From positions 1-64,000 of the IMG/VR virus record IMGVR_UViG_3300044825_001003: a stretch of DNA of 64,000 nt; one strand, 5' to 3'. Source of the stretch: a virus. The notes under the pieces are model-generated. The model saw only the letters and a list, made by a program, of their open reading frames with translations. It ran no database searches and was not told where the DNA came from. The stretch's first letter is position 1. Each line of letters starts with the position of its first letter. Shown in pieces: positions 44,191 to 53,800 of the stretch. The position numbers and the translations under genes are program-made.

Positions 44191-45021
44191 ATGGCAGTAA
44201 ATAGCTTTGATGAAGTTTTGAATAGCTTAGTTGGAGATCCTGATGACCGAGAAGTTTTAGAGAATCTCTCAGCGAAATATCCAGAAATTAAAAATGGATG
44301 GCTTCGGCAGTCCGATTATTCGCGCAAGCTTGATTCGTTCCGTGACACGGAGAAGAAAGTGGAGGCGTGGAACAAGTGGGCAGAAGAGAATTGGGACAAA
44401 GATAACAACGCTCCCAAGATGGAAGTTTATTGGCGCAACAGAGCGCAAGAATTAGAATCACAGGCAGGTACGGATATGACGTTTGACGAGATCAAGAACT
44501 TTACTGAAGGATTGATGACCGAACGTGGGGTCATGACAAAGACAGATTTCGAGTCTGCTATCAACAGCAAGGCACAGGAGATTGATAAGGGGTTCCAAGG
44601 TTCCGCTTATTTTTCAGCCGTGATTGCCGAGAAGACAGCCGAGCATCTCTCTGAATTTGGCAAGCCACTGAAGGTTCGGGAGTTTATCTCCAAGCTAGGC
44701 GAATACGGTACGAACGATCTTGATGCTGCGTATGACCGATATGTAGCCGAGGACCGCAAGACTCGGGAAGAGAAGGCCCTTGAGGAAAAGATTGATCGAA
44801 TCCGTAGCGAAGAGCGCGAAAAAGCAAAGCAAGAAGTTTTAGCTCAGCACACTGGCGGTCTACCAATCGACCAGGGCGAGCCAACCGCAGGTCACCTAGA
44901 AGCTAAGTTACGCCTAGTAGGACAACCAGATGCAGCCGAGCGGGCGAATCTGGGAGACGGCACACTAGCTCAAATCGCAGCACAGGCTTACAGGAAACAG
45001 CAACTTGGAATCACAGAATAA
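44191..45021 (+). CDS. Capsid scaffolding protein (putative)
   Basis: Acidic and helical, LRQSDYSRK motif, immediately upstream of the MCP. Confidence 0.75.
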   Translation: MAVNSFDEVLNSLVGDPDDREVLENLSAKYPEIKNGWLRQSDYSRKLDSFRDTEKKVEAWNKWAEENWDKDNNAPKMEVYWRNRAQELESQAGTDMTFDEIKNFTEGLMTERGVMTKTDFESAINSKAQEIDKGFQGSAYFSAVIAEKTAEHLSEFGKPLKVREFISKLGEYGTNDLDAAYDRYVAEDRKTREEKALEEKIDRIRSEEREKAKQEVLAQHTGGLPIDQGEPTAGHLEAKLRLVGQPDAAERANLGDGTLAQIAAQAYRKQQLGITE

Positions 45022-45070
45022 CTCATGCGTGAGTGACTGTGGTTCCCGACGACAACTCTAAGAGGAAATC

Positions 45071-46126
45071 ATGGCACTTACTTATAGCGATATCAACGCG
45101 ATTACAACTCAGCACATCGTCCCCAAGACGACTGACGTAATCTTCAAGAACGATCCACTGTTCGTTCGGCTAATGTCGAAGAACAAGATCAATTTCGAGG
45201 GCGGTCTATTCATCCAGCGGCCAATCATGTTCGCAGAACTGGCCAACGGGTTCTTCGCTCGTGGCGACCAGTTCGACACCGGCTACCGCCAGACCGACAC
45301 AGCTTTCAGCGTCAACATGAAGTTCGGTTATGTCAACGTAACCCTGCTCGGCACTGATGACGTTCTGAACCGTGGCCCAGAAGCAGCCTTCTCAATCGTT
45401 GAGAGCAAGATGGCTAACGCTTCACTCACCATGGCAAAGCTGCTCGGCACAACTGTCTACCAGGATGGTCAGGGCGCTCTGTCTGGCACCAAGTCTCTCG
45501 ACGGTCTAATGGCCTGGGTTGACGACGGTAGCACCAACGCAACCTACACCAGCCTTACCGACGTTCGCCGGTCCTTCGCAGCAGTTGGCGGCATCACCCG
45601 CGCCGACATCGTTGCCGGTCCCAGCTCGGGCGATGCCACGACCTACTCACAGGTCAACGGTATCAACGCCTACACCAACCGCGCAGTCAGCACCTTTGCT
45701 CTCTCCGATCTAAACACTGCCTACGGCTTTGCTTGGTTCGGTGCCGACCAGCCCGATCTTCTAGTTTGCACCCAGGGCGCTTACAACAAGATCTGGAACG
45801 CAACAGTGTCCAATCAGCGCTACATGCGGGCAGATAGCGATCTTGCCAAGGTCGGTATCCAGAGCTTCCAGTTCAACGCGGCAGATGTCACCATCTCCAA
45901 GTACCTGAACGACGTTGCTGGCTCCACCTACGGCGTAATCCTCGGCCTGAACACCAACTACCTCGAACTTTATGTTTCCGCAAACAAGAAGTTCCAGTTC
46001 GGGTTCACTGGCTTCAAGGAAGCACAGAACACCATCGACGTGAGCGGTCAGTTCATGTTCGCTGGCAACCTGATCGTACCCAGCCCCCGTACAAACTTCA
46101 AACTCGTGGGCACCGCACTCGCCTAA
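45071..46126 (+). CDS. Major capsid protein
   Basis: 351 aa, strongly biased C-ending codons, position after the scaffold, downstream hairpin. Confidence 0.9.
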   Translation: MALTYSDINAITTQHIVPKTTDVIFKNDPLFVRLMSKNKINFEGGLFIQRPIMFAELANGFFARGDQFDTGYRQTDTAFSVNMKFGYVNVTLLGTDDVLNRGPEAAFSIVESKMANASLTMAKLLGTTVYQDGQGALSGTKSLDGLMAWVDDGSTNATYTSLTDVRRSFAAVGGITRADIVAGPSSGDATTYSQVNGINAYTNRAVSTFALSDLNTAYGFAWFGADQPDLLVCTQGAYNKIWNATVSNQRYMRADSDLAKVGIQSFQFNAADVTISKYLNDVAGSTYGVILGLNTNYLELYVSANKKFQFGFTGFKEAQNTIDVSGQFMFAGNLIVPSPRTNFKLVGTALA

Positions 46127-46134
46127 CCTGTAAC

Positions 46135-46157
46135 GAAGGGGGCCTAGCGCCCCCTTC
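46135..46157 (+). terminator. GC hairpin after the MCP (weak terminator or stabiliser)
   Basis: GAAGGGGGC-CTAGC-GCCCCCTTC; no clear U-tract. Confidence 0.5.
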
Positions 46158-46187
46158 CTAAACAAGACTCTTTGAAAAGGAAAAAAT

Positions 46188-46553
46188 ATGCTAGGTAATC
46201 GCGCACTACAGGCTGGCGTAACTAACGTAACAGCCTCCACTACTCTTGGGTACGAAATCACTGGTTCGTCTCCCAATACTCTGCCTCCTGATCTGCTGAC
46301 CGTATCGGCTGCTGGCGCAGCTACAATCACCCTACCTGAGATTACAGTTCCTCAGTACGGTGGTCTTGGTATCGGTGATTCTCAGGTTGTGCGGGTTCTA
46401 AACCTCGCTGCACAATCGGTAGTTCTCGCCGCCGCATCCGGTGACTCGATTGTTGGCCGCTATGCTTCCTCGGCTACAATCGCAGTCAACACCGCAGCAA
46501 CTCTCATTAGCAAGGCTACTAGCGCAACTGCTGGTACTTGGTACAGCTTCTAA
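46188..46553 (+). CDS. Capsid decoration/minor head protein
   Basis: A/T/S-rich, ATITLP motif, follows the MCP. Confidence 0.65.
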   Translation: MLGNRALQAGVTNVTASTTLGYEITGSSPNTLPPDLLTVSAAGAATITLPEITVPQYGGLGIGDSQVVRVLNLAAQSVVLAAASGDSIVGRYASSATIAVNTAATLISKATSATAGTWYSF

Positions 46554-46594
46554 CCTGAACCGGGAGGCTAGTCCTCCCGGCCCAACTATATCCC

Positions 46595-47758
46595 ATGGCT
46601 ATTCAACAGCAGTACTCGACATCCTTAGGTGAATTAGTTGGGCGAGTTAGAGCAATCAAGCCCAACCTGCCTCCGACCGTGGCGCAGGACTTTATCAACG
46701 ACAGGATTCGTCTCATCTTAGATCGCCAACCTTGCTGGTCTGGCAACTTCGAAGAGACGATTCTTTACGTCCCTGATCCATACGTTAACGGAAGCATTAG
46801 CTTTACCCAGAACAGTCGGACTATCACTGGTAGCTCGACTGTTTGGCCCGTAAGCGACGTAGTAAACACCACTATACCTGCGGGGATTACTCGTGCTGGG
46901 TTCCAGACAGTAACCCCCGCCTCTATGGATGGCATTACAGCCGACACATACCTGTACGTGGATGCCGCTGGCACTCCCGAGATTGTGTCGGTGATTTACG
47001 TTGGACCGACTTCGTTTACGGCAATCTTCAATAAGACACACGCCGCTGGATGTACCACTACAACTAGTTCTTTCGCTGGCCGTCAATTGCGCTGTGGTAA
47101 TACATTCCCGATCTTTACTATTGAAGCGGTAGTTTCCAATACTCAAGCAATCTTAGACATGGAATGGAAGGCTACTGCACAATCGGGAGCTAGCTACACA
47201 ATTCGGCAGATGTATTATACGGTAGCACCGGACGTTAAGATGCTAAGCGCAGTAGTAGATCAGGCTCAGGGCATCCCGCCACTGCGTATCGACGTTCCAA
47301 TTACCGAGATTAACCGCATTGACCCTCAGCGTGTATCTACTGGCTACCCTCAGATCTTGGCAAATCGCGGCACCAACGCTAACGGCAACATGCAGTGGGA
47401 GCTATGGCCAAGTACCCAAGAAGAACGTCAGCTTCGAGTATTTTACTTTAAGCAACCTCCAAAGCTGACCACCGAAGGCGACCGCATCCCGGCCTTTATG
47501 AACCCAACAGTTCTTTTCTACGGGGCAATGGCTGATGCTTTCAGAATTAAGATCGGTCCAGACGATGCTTTCTACGATCCTCGCGCATCACGGGATTATG
47601 AGCAGAAGTTTGAAGCTGCCTATCTCGATATGGCCCAGGCAGACAATGAAAAGCTACAGCAGCAGTTCGTGACTCGTGGCGCTGGCTCCGGTATGCCTGG
47701 AGGCGCTGACTGGAATAGATCGCACTCTATTGACGCACTGATGTACACTGCGTATTAA
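46595..47758 (+). CDS. Head-tail adaptor-like protein 1 (with an inserted beta domain)
   Basis: LGELVGRVR...DFIND; ELWP...LRVFYFKQPPKL...IP...LFYGAMADA. Confidence 0.7.
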   Translation: MAIQQQYSTSLGELVGRVRAIKPNLPPTVAQDFINDRIRLILDRQPCWSGNFEETILYVPDPYVNGSISFTQNSRTITGSSTVWPVSDVVNTTIPAGITRAGFQTVTPASMDGITADTYLYVDAAGTPEIVSVIYVGPTSFTAIFNKTHAAGCTTTTSSFAGRQLRCGNTFPIFTIEAVVSNTQAILDMEWKATAQSGASYTIRQMYYTVAPDVKMLSAVVDQAQGIPPLRIDVPITEINRIDPQRVSTGYPQILANRGTNANGNMQWELWPSTQEERQLRVFYFKQPPKLTTEGDRIPAFMNPTVLFYGAMADAFRIKIGPDDAFYDPRASRDYEQKFEAAYLDMAQADNEKLQQQFVTRGAGSGMPGGADWNRSHSIDALMYTAY

Positions 47759-47767
47759 GGATTAAAC

Positions 47768-47995
47768 ATGGACAGACAATACGAGAAGTACCGCCACCCA
47801 GTATCGACAGCAATTGAGGTTGAAGCATACAACCCAGTTACCAGCCCTGACTCTTGGGTTCGCGGGAATCACGTCATGAACGGCTACTCGAACTTCGACT
47901 TTGAGAAGAACTCAGTAGACAATTACGGGTTCCCTGAGCCGTGTAACGGTGCCGGTCTATACGCAACCGATAGCCGAGTAAAAGGCAAGAAGTAA
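47768..47995 (+). CDS. Hypothetical protein
   Basis: Operonic ORF. Confidence 0.6.
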   Translation: MDRQYEKYRHPVSTAIEVEAYNPVTSPDSWVRGNHVMNGYSNFDFEKNSVDNYGFPEPCNGAGLYATDSRVKGKK

Positions 47996-48000
47996 CATAG

Positions 48001-48657
48001 ATGGCGCGTCTTACACTCGCAGACCTGAAGGAACAAGTATACTCTCGCCTTGAGAATAATACCCTTATGTTCTCAGGAACCGAGGTAACAAACGCCATTA
48101 ACGACGGACTTCGCACGTTGAACATGATGTGCGGCTGGTATCAAAAGACATTCTCTGTCCCTGGCGGCGGAACTACTGTTGCCGATAGAGTTATTTACGA
48201 TGTACCACAGCAGATCATATTTGCTCAAAGAGTGGTTTGGGCCAGCAAGGTTTTAGAAAAATCTCCCCTTGGCCAGACCAGTAATGAGTGGCCGACGTGG
48301 ATGAAGGATACATCCACGAATACGGGAACCCCTACTTCTCGCTGGGTTCCAATTGGGATTACTAAATTCGCAATTCACCCAGCGGATTCAGTGGGCGGCG
48401 CAACCCTCCAAGTCACCGGGATAACCAATCCAGATATCCTAGTTAATGATACTGACATTGCCTATATCCCAAAAGAAGGCGTGACGGCAGTGGTTGACTA
48501 CGCCGCCCATGCTGTACAATGTAAGATGCAAGGGGCACCATTCATGCAGTCTCTTGGAATGTACAGGAACTTCGAGTCCCTGATGAAGCTCAATAAATAC
48601 TGGGCATCGTATCGGCAGCCGAACCTGTATTACGACGAACAATCACCTAGCAAATAA
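48001..48657 (+). CDS. Head-tail adaptor-like protein 2
   Basis: TLADLKEQVYSRL...VTNAINDG; YDVP; IHP; IP..G..AVVDYA. Confidence 0.7.
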   Translation: MARLTLADLKEQVYSRLENNTLMFSGTEVTNAINDGLRTLNMMCGWYQKTFSVPGGGTTVADRVIYDVPQQIIFAQRVVWASKVLEKSPLGQTSNEWPTWMKDTSTNTGTPTSRWVPIGITKFAIHPADSVGGATLQVTGITNPDILVNDTDIAYIPKEGVTAVVDYAAHAVQCKMQGAPFMQSLGMYRNFESLMKLNKYWASYRQPNLYYDEQSPSK

Positions 48658-48666
48658 GGAGCTTAA

Positions 48667-49032
48667 ATGTTTAATCTCGGTCGCATTCGTGACTTTTTTT
48701 CCGGCCTTCTCAAGAAGTTCTGGGACAACAAGACTCTATACAATAACCTGATCTACGTTGAAGACCTAATTCCTAAGGTTGGTCCGTTTATCAAGATCGC
48801 TGGCGATATTGCGGTTGGTTTGATTCCCGGCAACGTAGATGACGCTGCTTGGGCCGCGCTGAAAGCCAAGTACCCAAAGCTGTTCGATGGAACAAAGGTA
48901 GATCCTGAGATCGCCAAGCTCTACGCTCTCGGTATTGCTACTGATCTAGTTGAGCGGCGGTATCCAGACATCTCCACGACTGTCGCCCGAACCGCTACCC
49001 AGATTGCCTACCTGCTAGAAAAGAGCAAGTGA
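48667..49032 (+). CDS. Hypothetical protein
   Basis: RBS AAGGAG. Confidence 0.7.
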   Translation: MFNLGRIRDFFSGLLKKFWDNKTLYNNLIYVEDLIPKVGPFIKIAGDIAVGLIPGNVDDAAWAALKAKYPKLFDGTKVDPEIAKLYALGIATDLVERRYPDISTTVARTATQIAYLLEKSK

Positions 49033-49721
49033 ACTTAGCAATTCAGATCGCCAGAATGACTATGTACATTTCTGCCGCAGTTCTGTGTATCTGCCTCTCC
49101 TATCAGGCTGTCTTTCTGCCGAAGAAGATGGAGCCGCGCGTATCTCGACTAGCTGAGCGGCTGGAGGCACGGGATGAACAAATCAAGAAAATACTGTCAG
49201 ACACTGGCGCGATGGTGGAGGATAACTACTGGACCACGAAGGCAAACGTGGAAACCACAGCGGTTATCCTCCGCGACGTTTCAGAGATCACCAGATCCAT
49301 TAGATCGGAAGTAATTCCCGAACTGACGGACACCTTAAAGCATTTTCGTTTATTGATTAAGGCCACAGAGAATGACTTACAAGTATTGTCTGCCAGCGGA
49401 AATGAGACTATTAAAGCGACTACCGAACTGGTGCGTCAACTTGATAGCCTTACTGAAGAATTGGAAGTCCAAGTAAAGCAAGGGTCTCCGAAGGTTTTCC
49501 AGACCGTCGAAACAATAGACAAGCTGATTGCCGATATAGATAAACAGGTAAACAACCCTGACTTATATGCGATTGCTGGCAACGTAAAAGACATTACCGG
49601 CAACACGGCAGAAATCACAAAGACAGTGGATGTCGCCACAAGGCCGCTCAGAGAGAAAGTTAAACTGATTAAGATCGTACTTTTTCGCGTCCTTGGAATG
49701 ATCCGCATTACCCCGTTCTAA
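49029..49721 (+). CDS. Membrane-anchored coiled-coil protein (spanin-like topology, tentative)
   Basis: N-terminal TM segment and a long heptad region. Confidence 0.6.
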   Translation: MNLAIQIARMTMYISAAVLCICLSYQAVFLPKKMEPRVSRLAERLEARDEQIKKILSDTGAMVEDNYWTTKANVETTAVILRDVSEITRSIRSEVIPELTDTLKHFRLLIKATENDLQVLSASGNETIKATTELVRQLDSLTEELEVQVKQGSPKVFQTVETIDKLIADIDKQVNNPDLYAIAGNVKDITGNTAEITKTVDVATRPLREKVKLIKIVLFRVLGMIRITPF

Positions 49722-49766
49722 GGTTTTGATTGATATTGAACCACTTGCACACCTAGAATAAAGGTG

Positions 49767-50582
49767 ATGCCTATTAGTGTTCGGCAAATTTACACTGAAG
49801 TTTGCGATCTTCTGCTTGAGCCGACCGCGCTCACGGGCGAGACCGTGACCGACGATGACTTTTTGGAGATCCTCAACGATTGCTTGCGTGATTTCATGCA
49901 GGCATCTGAGTGCTTCAAGAAGATCAATCACATGCAGCTAGTTGCCGGGACAAGGGTATACAACGAAGCTTACTTCGTAAATCAACCAACAGCGGTATTC
50001 GCAGATGAATCTAATATCTATCGTAGCTCGGGAAATTACTGGGACAACTCAGACTATCGCTGGCAACAGTCTGACAGCGGAATCCCTATGGAGTGGCGCA
50101 ATGACCAAGTTCAAGAGGATCAGGTCGAGGTTCGCCCTGCACCGTCTTGGACTGGCGATACCGTCACTTGTGCCGCTGGCCTGTACGGAACCATTTCTTC
50201 TACTTCTAGTGCTGTTGATTTTGACATCACCACAACAGCCCCCTTATATGGAACAATCGCCTCCGCGTATTCTGGTCCGGTATACCTAGAGACAACGTAT
50301 TCTCTATTTGGCACCGCTGCTAATTTAATAGGCAGTACCAATAATCTTTCTCAGATCTTCACCTATACGTTTGAGTCAGAGATCACAAGCCTAGACTCCC
50401 GCATACCCGACATTCCAGATAGCTTCCAGCCGTATATCAAGTTCATGGTTCTTTCCAGGATTTTTGGCATGGACGGAGAAGCTAAAAACACAACACTACA
50501 GAAGTACTATCTTAATCGGTCGCAAGAGGCCGTGAGATTGCTTCGCGCTGTATCACAAGAGATTCTACTAGAGGTCGCATAA
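49767..50582 (+). CDS. Head-tail adaptor-like protein 3
   Basis: VRQIYTEVCDLL...FLEILND; LVAGTRVY; VRPAP; DIPDSFQPYIKF. Confidence 0.7.
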   Translation: MPISVRQIYTEVCDLLLEPTALTGETVTDDDFLEILNDCLRDFMQASECFKKINHMQLVAGTRVYNEAYFVNQPTAVFADESNIYRSSGNYWDNSDYRWQQSDSGIPMEWRNDQVQEDQVEVRPAPSWTGDTVTCAAGLYGTISSTSSAVDFDITTTAPLYGTIASAYSGPVYLETTYSLFGTAANLIGSTNNLSQIFTYTFESEITSLDSRIPDIPDSFQPYIKFMVLSRIFGMDGEAKNTTLQKYYLNRSQEAVRLLRAVSQEILLEVA

Positions 50583-50836
50583 TGCCATCAGCAGTTACCA
50601 TCACGCCGCGCAAGCTATTCAAAGAAGACTTGCAATTAACGACAAACCCAAGCGCTCCCACCTCTAGCCAGACTGTTCTTGGCCTTGGCACGGTAGCTCT
50701 TAACCCAATTGACGCGGTTTTTTACTCAGCATTTACGCAGGCATCAAACGATTCATCGGCTGGCGTAGCCGGTGTTGCGGTTGGAGAAATCTACTACAAC
50801 ACCACATCTAGCAAGCTAAAAGCACGGATGACCTAA
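50582..50836 (+). CDS. Small virion protein
   Basis: AGVAVGEIYYN motif. Confidence 0.6.
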   Translation: MPSAVTITPRKLFKEDLQLTTNPSAPTSSQTVLGLGTVALNPIDAVFYSAFTQASNDSSAGVAGVAVGEIYYNTTSSKLKARMT

Positions 50837-50838
50837 AC

Positions 50839-53800
50839 ATGGCTCAAAACGTAACGCAGAGATTCCCCTTCTCTAACAAGGGTGTAGTCCAGAAGATTGA
50901 CATCAATCAACTGCAAGATGGCCAGTATTCATTCCTATTGAACACCGTGTCCGAGCAGGAAGGATCTCTGTCTCCGCGCTACGGAAGTAGGAACCTACCT
51001 GGAGAATGGAAGGCTTCAAATGGATCTACGACTGTAGCCACTCCATCAGTTATCAACACCCTGCACGTAACGCAGATCGGCGCTACGGCTGACCCGACAA
51101 TCTATGCTGTTGGCGGCGTAAACATCTTCAGGAAAGATGGCGAGTTAAGCAACTATCGCAAGGTTGCCGATTCAATCACCGGAAACAGCAAGCGAATTGG
51201 TATGTCCACCTACAAGATAGACCAAGCAAGCACGTCTGGCGTAACTTATATCGGCACTGGGTACAACACTCATACCTACGGTGGAAGTTCTTACTTTCGA
51301 GGTATGCTCCGGGATAGCGGTAAAACAGGAGAGGATTCTTACTATTGGGGCATTCTTCCGCCAGCGGCACCAGCAATCGCAACTCCCGGTTCGGTAGTAA
51401 CTAAATCCGTAATTGTTGACGGTAGCGCCTCCTATACCGGAGATCCTGGTTCTGGCCCACCAGTGACTCTTACGGTAAACAGCACGAGAGTCACCGGAAA
51501 CATAACGAGCGCGACAGAACAACCCACTGGCTCCAAGTTCTATAAGCTCGTGCTAAGCCCATCTTCTACAGAGTGGCTTCCTGGGATGTTTGTGAAGGAT
51601 GCCGGTGGCCAAGCTTCTATCATTGAGAAAGTCGATTCTGCTGGCGCTATCTATGCTTATTTCGATACCGCCCCATCTACTTCAATTACCGCATTAACCA
51701 GTGGCACGGCTACTGGGGCTGCTGGCTTAATGTATACCGCTACATCTGGTGCTATCACCGCAGATTTATCCTTTGGTGGAGTTGATGCAGAGGGATATAT
51801 TAGCGATGACACAGTTGGTTTTTCGTTTTACACATCAACCCCGGAGAAGATCTACGACATCAGATTAAGGCTGTATACTGGTTCTTCGTCGAACTCTTAC
51901 TACGAGAAGGCAATCTCACCAGGGCCGGTACAGGATCTTCAAAACGCAGCGACTGGGAACTCTTTCCAGAATCCAGAGAACGCAGATACCCAAGCTCTTG
52001 ACAACGGAGCAAGCGACTCCGTTGGGGCTACGAATGTACCGCTGCCTACTGGTGAAAACATAAACTACGACCCAATCCAGACTGGCTTAACTCCTACTTA
52101 TTTAGCTCCGATGAAGCGCGGCGTTGGTGGGTGGAGCCAAGTAGAAATCTCAAAGAGGTCTTTCATTGCGGTTGGCCAATCGGCCACTAATGACGGTGGC
52201 GGCGCAGGCAACCTTAGCTGGGCAAATATCACAAAGGTAGAAGTCCTAGTAAGGCCAATCACCACGACAGATGTGGTCGTATTTAAGCTTGGTGCTGTAT
52301 TCGCCTACGGTGGAAAGGGAGTAAACTCTAACTACAGCGCTAAGCTTACTCCGTACTCATACGTCTATACCTACAAGAATCCGACGACTGGAGCTGAGAG
52401 CAATCCGTCTATTGAGATGATTGCCGAAAGCGGTATCAATATCGTCAGGCAGGGCATCGGCGTCACGGTATTAGGTATCACTAATGGCGGATTTGATACT
52501 GGCGTAAGCCAGATCTGTATCTACAGGCAGGGCGGCAGTTTCACGGACGGGTTTTATCGCAGGGTTGGCGTAATCACAAATCCAGGTGCTACGTACACAA
52601 CCTTCATGGATACCGCCGACGATCTATCTATTATCGGCGCTCCGATAGCCGACTTTGATAACGACGCACCAGTAACCTCTGATCTTGGCTTTGAATATAA
52701 AGGCGCTATCGCAACAGCAAACATATCCAAAGGTAGCTCTCCAGTAACGGTAAATGTTACCGGAGTAAGCTATCCATCTGGCGGAGATTTGAGGACTATT
52801 CTCACTCCTGGAACGATAGTTAATATCGGTGGAGGTATTGCTACCTCTACAGGTAAGCAAGAATCCTGTATTGTCGCATCGGTTTCAGCCTCTTCATTTA
52901 CTACCTACGTTCAGCACGACCATCTAATTGGAGAATCTATTATATGGGATACGAACGCAGGTATTGCTGGAGATATTCTTTGCTCTGCCTTCAATCGGAT
53001 GTGGGTAGCGGGAGACCCAAACAACAGGCATCTTCTTTATTCGTCAAAGACCGGCAGGCCAGAGTCTTTCCCTGTAATCAACCAAGGGACCGGGAACCCG
53101 CACGTACTAGCTGTATCCTCTCCTGATAATCCAATTAACGGTATTGCCGAGTTTAACGGAGAGATCGTATGCCTCTGCCAGAACGGAATTTACACCGTAA
53201 GGCTGGATAATGGTCGGCTCGTAGGTCCATTCAAGACCCCCGCAAACCGTGGTCTTGTTCTCAAGTACGCCTGGGGATACGTCGATAATGAGATCTGGTT
53301 TCTCAGTAATGACGGTATCTACGCATGGGGTGGTGGCGCGGTTCGTAAGGTTAGCTTTGCCATCGACTTTGTGTTCAACAAGAAGACCGTAAATGGGATT
53401 GCCTATTTCGATAGGAACAATTCCACATATTACCCAATGTGCAACATCCAGCAAAAGGGTAACGAGGTATTCTTTAATTACATTAACTCCGATGGATGGT
53501 TTTACATCCTGAGGTATCACATCCTGTTTGATCGCTGGAGTGTTGACGAGGTTTACGATCCTGCATCAAATATATCTAAGACGGAAAACGGCATCCCGTT
53601 AAGGGCTGTATCGGTAACGGCTATCTTTGCAGAAAAGGCAAGCAATAAGCTTTACGCAGCAAAGACTATTGAAACCGGAACTTCCCCGTCTTTTACCTAC
53701 ACAGCCTCATTGATAGAGTACGATGTGATCGGCATTCACCGGGACGCTGTGACTAACATCGCAGATCCATACGCCAGCGGAACCTCTGTTTACTACGAAG

